64,000 nt of DNA from Eledone cirrhosa (GCA_964016885.1 OZ024742.1:353772001-353836000), one strand, 5' to 3'; shown: positions 28,035-41,352, numbered from the stretch's first letter. Translations and numbers: made by a program. Notes: generated by a model from the sequence alone, not told the origin.

Positions 28035-29161
28035 TATATATATATATATATTTATATATACATATATATATATTTATATATATATATAAAATAAAATAAC
28101 AGGATGCTGAACTGGTGTAAATTCTTGAAAGTTTTATTATAATATGATCCTTTCAATGACCGGCTTCCATATGAATCCGTTGATATCATCAGGTATTGGA
28201 ATATAACAAAGGAATATGTAAAAAACCATGGGTCCTAAAAATCGTAGACAGAGACAAAGAGAACGACTGACCAACTAGCTGCTCCGCCAGTCGACCTCAA
28301 AGTGGTGGCAACTGAATCTACTAATGAACATTTGGTGAGGGTGCGAAGGCTTATAATGCACTACCACCACTGCGTCAAAGAAAAAAGGGGTAGAAAGAAA
28401 GAGAGAAAGAAGTCAGTGTAAGGTTCATACTATATTCCTACTAGAAAATGCCGCGAAAAAATGCTACTCCAAAGAATCTATAATGGGTGTCTGTATAATC
28501 TAATGTGTGAACCGAATATTGGAACGTTAAACTTATGTTGCGAGTTATAGGATGAAATTAAATAAAATTAAATATATTAAATTGCAAAATGATAAAGTGA
28601 AAAATAAGGATAAGGTAGCGAGATGTATTTATTTAATGAACTTACGGAGAGAGTTATATATAAAAAAAATTATCTCGATAAGATATTAGGATGGGATATA
28701 GAGTAAATATTTCGATTGGGAGTCCCATCCAGCAACCCCCCACAACCCCCCACCCCACCCCACCCTACCATGAGTCAGCCAGTTTCGAGTGTTATCGTCC
28801 AGCGAAAGAAATGGAAATTAATTTTTCTGAGTACTCTAGAAACGTAAAATCGAAATCTTTACTTTATATCCCATCCTTATATCTTATCGAGATAATTTTT
28901 TTCAACACACGTTTTCAGATAGAGAACCTTGCTAAACAAATGCAGAAACGATATATATATATATATATATATATAAAATGAGATTAATATCCAAACAGGT
29001 ACTAAGTACCCACGGAAATATATAGGATGTCTATAATGCATTTGTTGTTCAATGGTATTAATTTGAGATACCAGAACCATAAAATTGAGATGAGCTGAAC
29101 AAGTAAACATTAAACAATTTTTTAAATGAATTAAAATACGATTTAAATATTCACCTATCCA

Positions 29162-29249
29162 AAATACTTTTACCGACGGTTTCGCCTCACAAAGGTTTGG
29201 AAATTCAAAGGACTTCCAATGAAAAGATCGGCTCTTCAGAAAGCTATTT
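29162..29249 (-). ncRNA. Type I hammerhead ribozyme, copy 1
   Basis: aaatagCTTT-CTGAAGA-GCC...GGC-GAAAC-cgtcg-GTA-AAAGtattt. Predicted cleavage between 29171 and 29170. Confidence 0.8.
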
Positions 29250-29651
29250 CCATTCTATAGGACGTAAAGTTTCATAGTCTGTAAATATATCACCTACTGC
29301 TAGCTAGCGTAAGGTGAGTCGTTAAAATGACCCACATATAAACTCATCGTTAATAAAAGCGGGAATATTGTAGACGTGTTGTTTGCCACGCCACTAAAAA
29401 TAGCAGTTAGGTTCAACGCTTTTTTTTTCTACACACATGGGAGAATATACATAACATGAGATTAATATCCCCACAGGTACTAAGTACCTACGGAAATATG
29501 TATGGTGTCTATAGTACATTTGTTGTTCAATGGTATGAATTTGAGAGACCTGAACTATAACATTGAGATGAGCTGAACAAGTAAACATTAAACAATTTTT
29601 TAAATATATAAAAATACAATTTAAAATACGATTTAAATATTCACCTATCCA

Positions 29652-29735
29652 AAATGCTTTTACCGACGGTTTCGCCTCACAAAAGATTGGAAATCCAAAG
29701 GACTTCCAATGGAGAGATCGGCTCTTCAGAAAGAT
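29652..29735 (-). ncRNA. Type I hammerhead ribozyme, copy 2
   Basis: CTTT-CTGAAGA-GCC..ATTGGAAGTCC ttt GGATTTCCAAT..GGC-GAAAC-cgtcg-GTA-AAAG. Predicted cleavage between 29661 and 29660. Confidence 0.8.
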
Positions 29736-29904
29736 ATATCCATTCTATTGGACGTAAAGTCTCACAGTTTGTGAGGTGAAACCGTCGGTAAAAGCATTTT
29801 GGATTGGTGAATATTTAAATGGTATTTTAATTTATTTAAAAGATTGTTTAATGTTTACTTGTTCCGCTCATCTCAATTATATATATATATGCTGTCAACT
29901 ACTG

Positions 29905-30450
29905 CTGTCAACTACTGCTGCTTTCCGACTCTTGAGTTTTCGATGGCTTCAGTCGTCTCTTCGAGGGTGGGTGGTTTGTCGAGCTCCTCTTTGAGTAAAA
30001 GTTGAGGAACGCGATGGATGGCAGCGTCCTGTACGTTGCGGTCAGCACTGAAGAGGCTTTGGAAGTGCTCGGACCAGCGAGCGAGGTTGGAGGTGTTATC
30101 GGTGAGGACGTCCTCTCCATCTGAACTGCGCAGGTGACTCTGGACCTGGTAGTTGGGGCCATACACTGCTTTCAGAGCCTCATAGAAGCCCCTATAGTCT
30201 CCGAGCTCAGCGCACAGCTGGGTTCTCCACGCCAGCTGGTGCCACCACTCGGTCTGTATTTCTCTGAGATTGCGCTGTAGGGTGTTGCATGCGCGTCGAA
30301 AGGTATATTTCTTTACAGGACAGGTTGGTTGTGCAAGGGGATTCGTCTAGTTTTTGCTGCAGATCTGCTTGGAACTTGGCTCTCAATTCCTCCCGGCGCA
30401 GGCTGCCGACGTTCAGTTTATTCACGGGGTTACCTTTCTTCACTGATTTT
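29905..30450 (-). mobile_element. RTE-clade LINE fragment (EN-RT linker)
   Basis: KLNVGSLR...FQADLQQKL; YGP...LRSSDG..LTDNTSNLARWSEHFQSLFS...ELDKPPTLEET..AI. GC-rich relative to flanks. Confidence 0.8.
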
Positions 30451-30456
30451 CCGTTT

Positions 30457-30518
<62 letters not shown>

Positions 30519-30526
<8 letters not shown>

Positions 30527-31106
30527 CGTAAAATAAGAAAATTATAAAATTAACTTACTTACTAAAATTTCAATCCCAACTAACTAGTTTCTGAAAGGGA
30601 ATAAACATAGTTTCCGAAGAAGTGTACAGAGAAGCCTTTCGTCATCAGGGAAGTCTTTTCTCAGCTAAGTTTCCAGGCAATACGTGGACACAGAGGACTT
30701 ATACAAAAATGATTCAGTGGATGGAAAAAAGAAAAGCGTGGACTAAATTCCTAGCCATTGAGAAAATCACTGCCTACTGCATCGGTGGCAAATTCAAAAG
30801 AATCAATCACCTGACATCGAGGTCAATCAGTGGAAAGTGGTTTGTTAAGAAGACAGCAGCCTGACTGTTACTATAGCATCAGTTTTGGCAAATGTTTGCT
30901 CGACAAATAATTTGGAGATTATTATAAAGAATTAGTATATCTAGTAACATATATATACATAGATGCATACTTATGCTAGCAAATATATAGGTTTTGTCTT
31001 AGTAACTTTGTGGTTCAATGCATGGGGTTGCAGAACAATAATATGAGAGACGTAAAATAAGAAAATTATAAAATTAACTTACTTACTAAAATTTCACTCC
31101 CAACTA
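30519..31106. repeat. Terminally redundant 524-bp unit next to (TA)n
   Basis: GAGAGACGTAAAATAAGAAAATTATAAAATTAACTTACTTACTAAAATTTCA.TCCCAACTAA occurs at 30521 and 31045, followed by a local ~43-bp duplication at 31088-31172. Confidence 0.8.
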
Positions 31107-31533
31107 ATTATAAAATAATTGACCTTTATAAAATTTCACTCCCAACTAATTATAAAATAATTGACCTTTATAAAATAACCCACACCCCAAATAACTTCTC
31201 ATTCACTACCAGAAAGGGACACAGCAGTCAACTGTTGTTGCTACCTAGATGAAAACTACTATGAAATCCCACAACGAATTTTATACTTGAATTTTCAATT
31301 CTCAAATTTTAACTCTTCTTATTATTAATTTTTCTTAATATTAATCAACATTTGAAAAGATGGCTTTTGCAGACCCATCGAAACCGGTCATTTTTTATAC
31401 CCTTTATTATTTCCTCACCTTATAAAATTATATGTTTTTTCACAAAAAAGTATTCTGTCTCTTATATATTCCATGTGCCATTACCAACCTCAATTTTCTC
31501 CATAACCTTCGTTTTGTGTAGAAAAATTACACT

Positions 31534-31609
<76 letters not shown>

Positions 31610-31866
31610 AAGGGCAGTGGTAGCTATGATGCTTCCATAGGCGGTATGTCAGTTAATCACTCTATGTTCTTACAGAGCAGAGTGTGATATCATATAAAAC
31701 GAACAATTGTTTGGCCGAAGTTATTGGAAGTGTCCGACGAACCTGCAGTTCCAGATTCAGACAGATCCATACAATGATCGTGTCTCGAGCTGTCTGCTGG
31801 TGAAACTACAATTGTAACACACAATAACAATAAATTGAGTCCAGATGCATCACTGATTTTTTGTTT

Positions 31867-31917
<51 letters not shown>

Positions 31918-31923
<6 letters not shown>

Positions 31924-32162
31924 TTAAAACAATGAAATAACAATTCAAGTCATTACAGATATACTTCACAGAAGCAATCTGACGACAGCTGATGTTATAC
32001 ATGCAAGTAAATATTTTTCCTTCTCTGATATTTTGTAACGAACCTTACATAGTTCGATAACGAAATATAGTTACGATGTATAATCGTCACCTAGAAATGA
32101 TCGTAAAGCAGTGAAGTCTATATCTAATGATTTAAACTTTTATTTCATTGTTTTAACTTATA
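31918..32162. repeat. MITE-like or fold-back element with ~50-bp imperfect inverted ends
   Basis: TATAAGTTAAAACAATGAAATAA ... TTATTTCATTGTTTTAACTTATA. Confidence 0.6.
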
Positions 32163-32633
32163 TCATGACTATGTTTTCCTTTATATTTTTTATTGTTTTC
32201 CGGGATTTACTTTAACCTACAACACATTCAACATATGGATTACATTGAGTTCTTCATGTAACTAACCGTGGATATCCCTGTGTATATATATATATATATA
32301 TATAGCCCCAGCATGGCCTCAGCCGGATGACTGAAACAGGTAAAAGAGTATATATATGTATATATAATATATATTTATATTTCAAACCGTTTGAAAGTAG
32401 CGCCTAAAAGCTCTCAACTTCATGCATAAAATAACTGTCGCAAGTGCATGATACATTGTATTAATATTAAAATTCTTTAAACATACGTTGCATATGTAGA
32501 ATACATAAGACATATAGAAACTTTCAACTTACGATCTGAGGTATATCCGTTACGAAGGAGAATTAATCTAAGTGTATCGAACTGGACAAACTCTGTTCGT
32601 GCTAGTACTTATATATATATATACATATATATA

Positions 32634-32869
<236 letters not shown>

Positions 32870-33289
32870 AAGTAGAATACATTTAAAAGGATCACATTAT
32901 AAATATCATATTTATTATTATTTCACAAAACTCTATTAATTGTTGCCATATGATTTGTATTTGATACCTCAGTGAAACGTGATGTTTTAGATGGTGGTGT
33001 TTGTATTTGTCCATAATTCTCACTGTAAACATTGCCTCTATGCAGAAAGGAAGTTTTTTTCAAAATGCAGATATTTAAGAAACATAATTTATTTTCGAAA
33101 TGTGAAGCATGTTCATTACTCGTTATAAAGTCCGATTGGATATATTCGCATACTTTTGATTTGTTACTCTAGTGCATTATTGATACTCGTGTTTGTAATC
33201 CTTCAGATCTCATTCCCATTAATCATGTTACTATTCTTTACAAGGTCTATCAATTAGGAGCCATATTCCCTATTATAAAATGATATATG

Positions 33290-34100
33290 TCTCAATATGA
33301 TCTGCATGTTATTAGATTCTGAACAGTGGCTCCAATAATCCAACTGATACGGCTGGATTCCCAAGCGAGACCAGACACACCCATGGATGTTAACTGACAT
33401 TCTTGGTCTGGATCTAACCCCGGGTCTCCAGGCAGTTGGTTTTGCCCGTAGAATCTATCCAACGATTTTTTTTCTGAGACATTCTAATCATATGGCCATA
33501 ATTTTGCAGCTGTCAAATCTGAACGTGGAAAAGTAGCGCTTCTATATGGTATATCTGAACTCTGATCTAGGTACTCTACCGAGTAATGTTACTCCAAAGT
33601 CCTTCGGAGAAATCCCACTTTGGCCGATTGTATTCTCGATCATATTCTTTCAGTCATTACCCAACATTCATGCTCATACGTATGGGTTGGCGCGATTAAT
33701 GAAAGAAAAATAGCGAATTTAGCGTTTACGCCTTTCTCCCTTGTTCTGTTTATTGAATGCTGTATCTGGCGAATTACATTTACCTCTCATTTTCTGATTA
33801 CTGAATGCTGAAACTGACACGTTAGGTATCAACTTCTGTATTTATTGCACTTAATTCAGGTTTCCTATATTCCCTTACTAGTGAACATGGTCCCGATCAA
33901 CTTGAACATCTCTACCTCTTTTAGTGGAACTCCATTCAGATGTAGTGTGTATTGAAAAAGCTTCCTTGAAAGGAAAAGTGTTTCATATTTCGCAGCACTG
34001 TTTCACATTCCAGCCATGCAGTATGCGATGTCAAACCTATTGTGTGCAAGTCAGAGATCTTCTTCTGTCGAGTTACAAATTCAAGCCTATTGATTTTACA
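33290..34100 (-). mobile_element. Old RTE-clade LINE 3' fragment
   Basis: Minus strand reads PTHTYEHECWVMTERI*SRIQSAKVGFLRR and IEALL..QLQNYGHMIRM, typical RTE C-terminal motifs. Boundaries approximate. Confidence 0.7.
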
Positions 34101-34912
34101 CCCGTCAATCGTGATACCACTTCCAACCCGGCTGTGAAAATCTGGCATTTTCATGAAAATAATGAACGGGAAATGTGACTGGTGCACCCAAGGCAGAGTA
34201 CGAATCAAACTCGGTTTCAATTTAGCACCATTTACCAGAAGAAAAATACTCGGGCATTAGTAATATAGAGACATCAGGGCAGCAGGAACAACACATGTTC
34301 CTTTCAAAAAGCCCATCGTATGTGTGTTGTTATCTACCGGAAGTATATAGTATATATATGAATTAACTGTGTAAAACTTAAATGTATGATATAATGCAGA
34401 TATGGTGTTCATTGAAAAAGAACTGAATATGAGCTTTCATAAAATCCTATACTGATCCTCCACTTTCATCTAGAATTTCGAGTGAAAGATTTGCTATTGA
34501 ATGTCCAGTAATTGCAATTTTTGGCCTTGTTCTCGCAACGCTATCATCACAGTTATTTAAAGCCAGGGGCGTGTTACAATATACTTTTGTTTTTGTTTAT
34601 TGTTTTTTTTTCTGGGGTGTGTGTGGTAATATCACCTGATTAGGTCCTTATTTCTGAAAATGCGCTTCGTTTTAAGACTGGAATATCAAACTTGTATCAC
34701 AGGTAATCCGTTTCTTTTAGAGGACTACATAGGAAAACCTATCCTATATCATACTGCTCGTTGCTCTGCCAGACGCCATCATTAATTCTTTCATTGTTTG
34801 AATATAGACTAGAAATGAGTTGCAGCTCTCAAATTCTGAACTAATACAGTTATCAGCATTCATTGAAAATGGATTCCATTCTGTAATATCAGTGCATTAT
34901 TTTCGTCGAAAA

Positions 34913-35100
34913 CGGTGGTGGATTGGAAGTATCGGAAGAGGAACGGCCGCCATGCTTTGAAGCATAGAGTTACATCCCTTTATGATCTGAGTTCAAGTCC
35001 TGCCGAGGTTAACTTTGCCTTTCATCCTTACTAGGTCGATAAAACAAAGTACCAGTACTGGGATAATTGCTGACCTTGTTCCAAAAGTAGATACAATTAT
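34913..35100 (+). mobile_element. tRNA-derived SINE
   Basis: B-box GAGTTCAAGTCC and body ACTTTGCCTTTCATCCTT..GGTCGATAAAA.AAAGTACCAGTA, shared with other copies in the window. Confidence 0.8.
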
Positions 35101-36284
35101 TATCGTCGAATAGATTCATACTTCTCTACGTATTAAATTTGTCGATATTTCTTGAAAATAATTTATTGCTTTTCGCTACTGCTCTAAAGTCAGGGACTTG
35201 TGCTTTGGTGTCAGATCAAAGATATTCACAAAAAAATATAATACGTTTTGGATCTATATGATAGCCGTTTCCTCATACCATATTTTCAGACGAAATGACG
35301 CTATACGTCATGATTTTCTAAGCTAGCACAGATTGTACCAATACTCATATATTTATATTATTTCAATTATAATCAAATATCGTACACGCCGGACCGAGAC
35401 GTATGCATAACGTTCGGCATAAATATTTAAACAGCGGAATAGAACACCGTCCATTCTATTAGCATATTAACAGAAACACGAGAGAGAAACATTTAGTATA
35501 TTCATTTGGCATTTTGCCTGTGTTGCATGATTATAATCAGTTACACTAATCTGTTATCGATAAAATGAAATAAGGAATGCGTTTTAATTACAAAGTATAA
35601 GTAATGCTTATTTATCTATGAATAATTAACTCTTCCATGTTATCTCCTTCACTAAATAATATAGATGTCAACGGATATCTATGGTAAATATATCATAATA
35701 TGTATTATATGTAGGTTCATTTACATGAGCACCTTGTTTACGTTGGGCGGGTAACATACAATGTCTAATAGAAGCAGCAAGGCTAGTAAAGCAAAAATGT
35801 ATAAAACGATTTTAGATATTCACTATCGAGTTAGCGATATTATTCAAATAGATTTCAAAGTGAATTACTTACATAGATTTACCAGACGTCAAAGGTTACA
35901 AGCAGTGAAACGCCTTTCATGATATTCTGATTCTCTCTGAAGACTGTGTTCAAACAGACATTATTGCAGACAATTTGGCAGCCTTGCTTATAAAGAAATG
36001 ATTTCAATACCATAAAATTCGACAATTTAGGATTAGTGCCAATATCGTTAATCTGTGAGTTACTTATTTTATATCTCTATGCTTATTTCCGTTTACTATT
36101 TTTTTTCCATTAAAAATGTCTCCTATTCTTTCAGTTCCTAAATTCATTCCGATACAAATTGAGTAATCATAGATTATATACATATTAATTAATACTAAAC
36201 TAAACAATAAAATACATATACATACACACATATATCTTTATGAATGTATGTATGTAAGGATGTGTATATATTTTTATGTACGTG

Positions 36285-36315
<31 letters not shown>

Positions 36316-36321
36316 ATGTAC

Positions 36322-36376
<55 letters not shown>

Positions 36377-37206
36377 GTAATAATAATACATATATATCAT
36401 TCATAATAAGTGTAAATTCATTCAGAATATTACAGAAGTAAAATAATAGATTTTCTTTCTCTGATTCTTACATTTACACAAACATTGCAAATTATACAGA
36501 GAAATATATACTTTCTAGTTAAATGATATTGCAAACGAAACAACAAGCATCAAAATACTGCTTCAGGAAAGGGTTTTTTATAAATGTATCAATGAACATT
36601 TTCGTTCAAATTAGTTCGGCCAGATTTTAATCAGTATCTGATAAGTTGTTCTGATATATTTTCGTCTATTATAATGTGTTGGACATTGAACTGAGTTATA
36701 TATGTTTACTTAATATAAGAGTATTTCCTTTGATAAGTTAACATACACAAAGATATTAAACGAAAGAGGGCATCCCCGAGTGATCAGGGGTCGTAAATCG
36801 AACTTTTATTCGTTTTTAGAATCTATTTACTTCATCGGAGTTTTAACATTTCCTAGATTTTGTGTCAATGTGAGAAACGTACTTTTAATATAACGTTTGA
36901 TATTCGTAGCGTAGCAAATATTTCTTCCCACTTCAGTGCCAGGATATACTTCAAATTCGAATAATTTTATCTACAAATCAATATTACTCTACTAACTGAG
37001 ATAGTGTTGTTACTATACACAGAAACCTACTAAACGTGATAGACCACATGCACTAGGCATGTATTTCGTTGATTGGCAACTAACCACTAATCAGATTTAA
37101 AGAAATATCAAGAATGTGCCCACATAATTGCTTTTTACATTCTCTAAAATCCTCTGTCTCTCACCAATTATAGTCTTTTAATATTTCCAGCTTTTGCATA
37201 AGTCTG

Positions 37207-37276
<70 letters not shown>

Positions 37277-37283
37277 TATATCA

Positions 37284-37670
37284 AGATGTGGCACGCCGCC
37301 CAGGATTTACTCTTCCTCTCGACCACATCATCTTCCGTATTCCCAATCTTTGCTCCCAAATACAGGAAGTCGTCAACCAATTCTAGCGGCTTCTTAATAT
37401 TATCTACTAGATATTTCCTCTTAATGTCATTCATTCTCAGCCCCACACCCATCGACAAGGTCTACACCTCCTGTATCAACACCTCTTCCTCCTTCACTGT
37501 GGAAGTCAGACTTTCGTAAACACCTGTATATCCGTCTATTCCTGGCTATAGTGGATTATGTGCTGCTGTACGGGTCTGAGACTTGGGCACTGACCAAGAA
37601 ACTCACTCATATGATGGATGGATGCTACACAAGAATGCTTAGGATGACTCTGAACATTGATAATACACTG
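37284..37670. mobile_element. RTE-like LINE fragment with an internal inversion
   Basis: Minus strand 37286-37520 encodes LELVDDFLYLGAKI..KSWAACH. Plus strand 37530-37660 encodes the downstream VDYVLLYGSETWALTK..DGCYTRMLR. Confidence 0.8.
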
Positions 37671-37687
37671 AGAATGATATATATATA

Positions 37688-37848
37688 TAAAGAAAAAGAG
37701 ATGGAATCGAAAATGCAACTGGAGTCTTATTTTAAAAAAAGATAAGACTCCAGTTGCATTTTTGATTTCATCTCTTTTTCTTTATACTTTCACTCGTGTA
37801 GGACACCTCGGTTATTTTTCATTTTGTAAAAAAAACCTCACTTTCTAA
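37688..37848. repeat. Fold-back copy of a short repeat also present at 9872-9976
   Basis: AAATGCAACTGGAGTCTTAT / ATAAGACTCCAGTTGCATTT hairpin; both loci abut (TA)n. Confidence 0.7.
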
Positions 37849-38943
37849 TATATATATATAGATATATATATATAGATATATTTATATATATATATATATA
37901 CATATATATAAAGAAGAAATTAAAATATGGTTTAAAAAGTTCCATATATTTTATTATGCGCATTTCAAAAACAACATCATCCTGGGACAAAAATTGTGTT
38001 CTCATCAGATAAAATAAGGTAACATGATATGAGGCCTAAAAACACTTGTGAACAAGAAAGTGTACAGTTATATATGACAAAATATAAGAGAAGAGAAACA
38101 AATTAGTAAAAATGAAGAAAAGGAAAGAAGAAGAAAAAAGGAAAAATAAATGAAATAGAGGAAAAAAGAAAGAAAGAAGTAGGTGAGAGAAAGAGAAAGA
38201 GATAGACTTTTGATCGGGAAAGGAGTAAAAAATGAAAACATGTAAGTAACGACTAAAAAAAAATCAATCATTTGACGAGGTGTATGTGCTAATAATACAA
38301 ATATGAGAGGTCTAGAATATTGAAACCGGGTATATTATTTTATAATGAGTTTGAATACTAAAAATTGGATTAAGAATGTAAAATTGTATTAATAAAATAA
38401 AATCAAATAAAATAAAATTAAATTAAATTAAAAATAATTATAATAATTATAAAAAAAGGGATTTGAAAAATAAAATAAAATAAAATAAAATAAAATAAGA
38501 TAGAATAGAATAAAAAATAAAAAATAAGAATAGTCTATCTATGTCAAAATTAAAAATTACTATTACAGATTTATATATGTGGGTATAGTATTTAATTATT
38601 ATTTTATATCAAGTAAATAAAGGAAATAAAGGAAATTGCTAGAAAGGTTTTTAAACGTAGAAATACATATGACGTCATAGTTTGTTTATACAATCTACGA
38701 AGGTTTGAACGAAATATTTAAGGCGATAGAGAAAGAAGGTGAAAGGCTTAAAAATGCAGAGAAAAGGGGATTAATAAATTGTAGAATATAATGAATTGTG
38801 TGAAAAAGATGTGTGAAAAGATATGTGTACAAAATATATATGTGTAAACAAAATATATACTCCGGTTCTACCAACTGTTGAATGCTACTTACCTGATATA
38901 TGCATAGTTTTATTGTTCTACAATATTACTCACCTCCTACATT

Positions 38944-38981
<38 letters not shown>

Positions 38982-39229
38982 CAATATATATATATATATA
39001 TGTATATATATGTATATATATATATATACATTTTTAGTATTTGTTGGTTGTTTAGCGACACCTAAGTATGCAGATTGGAGCACTCGACGAAGTAAGCAGG
39101 ATGGTTTGGTAGATGATTCCACTTCCTCAGAGAAATAACAACCCAACCAGGAGCTGGACATATCGGAATATTGATGGAGTAAAACACTTTAACAACATGT
39201 GTACCTGGCTCTACCACACTAATTCGGAA

Positions 39230-39280
39230 TGCCTGAAGAGGTCACAGCCAATGATGGCTGTCACCGGAATATATATAGCA
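39230..39280 (+). ncRNA. Minimal hammerhead with one core mutation
   Basis: TGC-CTGAAGA-GGT-cACAGCCA atga TGGCTGTc-ACC-GGAA-tatata-TA-GCA (GAAA changed to GGAA), followed by AATAAA. Confidence 0.6.
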
Positions 39281-39357
39281 GTACATCTTTAATAAACGAA
39301 CCCAAATTTTAAATATTTGACTTAATTATTTTATTTTATATATATATATATATAGAA

Positions 39358-40830
39358 TAAGGAAAACCGAAGTAGTTTCAGATGTTCAAGTCCTTTAATA
39401 ATAATGGTGTGATATATATTTCAATGACGAAACTTGCCACACTGTTCTGTGTGCGAGTGTCGTGTCATCATCAGACAGCGTGTTACATAATAAGGTTATG
39501 TTTCCGAGCCAATCCAAATTGAATGGACATGGGAACGGATGAAGTTCGTGCTTTTGGGTTTTTCATCCGTTCCCTTGTGAGTACGAATTCACCCCCACCG
39601 GTCTGCGCAAGCGCATGTCCGAAGGAAGTTGACCATTAGCCACCGCAGATTTCAACGAAATTCGCTGTCAGTTCACCCTCTCAGCCAAAACAATGGCCCA
39701 CCTATGCCCTACCAAAGTTTACTGCTACCCATCACGACTGTGGCAGTCAGCCGAAAGCCATAGGGGATGGGAGGGTGTTAGTTGTTATAGGACATAATAC
39801 TACCTTTCACTAAGCGTTGACAGCAAGACTGACCATCAACTCATAAGGGAAAATAAACTTAATTCTAGGTACCATGGTTTTACATGTACTCTGTATTTTT
39901 GCATTTATTCACTATTGGTTCTGTTCTTTTATTTTCTTTTGTGTACTTTATGTCTGTTTTTCTTTGATTTTGTTCCATGTGATGGAAATTATGACTGTAC
40001 CAGATTCACTAATGCCTTTATGCCTATAGTTTGCCCTCCGTTATAATGTACGGCACTGTCGTTCAATATGTGGATAGAGTAAGTGTGACACTAGAATCCC
40101 TCTCAGAACTTATTACTTAAACATCTCTCTCCATATTATTTACTCACTTCAATCTATATTTTTACTCAATCCGAATTATCACTTGAAAAATGTTTGAATT
40201 TCGAATTTTTTGGGTTATTAATTGTTTAATTTATAATCTCTGATATTTGATTTAGGATTTTAATTTTTAATTTTTATTTCCAACTCTCACTCTTAACTTC
40301 CAATGTAAAACCATGGTACCTAGAATTAAGTTTATTTTCCCTTATGAGTTGATGGTCAGTCTTGCTGTTAACGCTTAGTGAAAGGTAGTATTATGACCTA
40401 TAAAAACTATCACCCTCCTAACCCCTCTGGCTTTCGGCTGACTGCCATAGCCGTGATGGGTAGCAGTAAACTTTGGTAGGGCATAGGTGGGACATTGTTT
40501 TGGACGAGAGGGTGAACTGACAGCGAATTTCGTTGTAATCTGCAGTGGCTAATGGTCAACTTCCTTCGGACATGCGCCTGCGCAGACCGGTGGGGGTGAA
40601 TTGGTATTCACAGGGGAACGGATGAAGAACCCAAAAGCACACACTTCGTCCGTTCCCATGTCGATTCAATTTGGATTGCCTCGGAAACATAACCTTATTA
40701 TGTAACAAGCTGTCTGATGATGACACGACACTCGCACAGAGAACAGTGTGGCCAGTGTCGTCATTGAAATATATATCGCAGCCTTATTATTACAGGACTT
40801 GAACATCTGAAACTACTTCGCTTTTCCTTA
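39358..40830. repeat. Large inverted repeat: ~528-bp arms, ~417-bp spacer, HHR-like motif in each arm
   Basis: 39358-39885 is the reverse complement of 40303-40830 with scattered substitutions. Confidence 0.93.
40709..40782 (+). ncRNA. Hammerhead-like motif with extra UU before GAAA
   Basis: GCTGT-CTGATGA-TGAC...GTCA-tt-GAAA-tatata-TC-GCAGC. Mirror copy at 39406-39479 (-). Confidence 0.65.
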
Positions 40831-40931
40831 ATCGATATTTACTCCGTCACTCCTATGTGGAAAAAGTAAGTTGACTGCTTGAATTGAATTGAATAAATGT
40901 TTACCCTAATATATATATGTATAAAAATATG

Positions 40932-40993
<62 letters not shown>

Positions 40994-40997
<4 letters not shown>

Positions 40998-41201
40998 TAA
41001 CGAAGGAAATGTGGTAAGGAACCAGATGGAACATAACGCACCAAAGTACTCAATACTTAGGGTAGTAGAGTGGGTAATAGGAACGAGTAGGATCCCGACG
41101 GCTGAGCTCAAGCCGTTTTGAAGGCTTATACTGGACAAACATTTTAGTCCAGAATTAGCCGTCGAAACGGCTTGAGCTCAGCCGTCAGGGTCCTACTCGT
41201 T

Positions 41202-41203
<2 letters not shown>
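40994..41203. mobile_element. Second copy of the short fold-back PLE-terminus element
   Basis: Homologous to 4638-4810. Arms GGAACGAGTAGGA..GACGGCTGAGCTCAAGCCGTTT / AAACGGCTTGAGCTCAGCCGTC..TCCTACTCGTTCC. Confidence 0.75.
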
Positions 41204-41259
<56 letters not shown>

Positions 41260-41314
41260 GCCACCGATGTAAATTTTCATTCTGCATAAGTGTCGATTAA
41301 GAGTCGGGACCCGA

Positions 41315-41352
<38 letters not shown>

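Larger units (their letters stand above)
28978..29878 (-). mobile_element. Retrozyme-like element: two tandem hammerheads 490 nt apart plus an inverted arm
   Basis: Direct repeats 28978-29283 and 29457-29772; inverted partial copy 29771-29878. Non-coding; TA-rich flanks. Confidence 0.75.
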
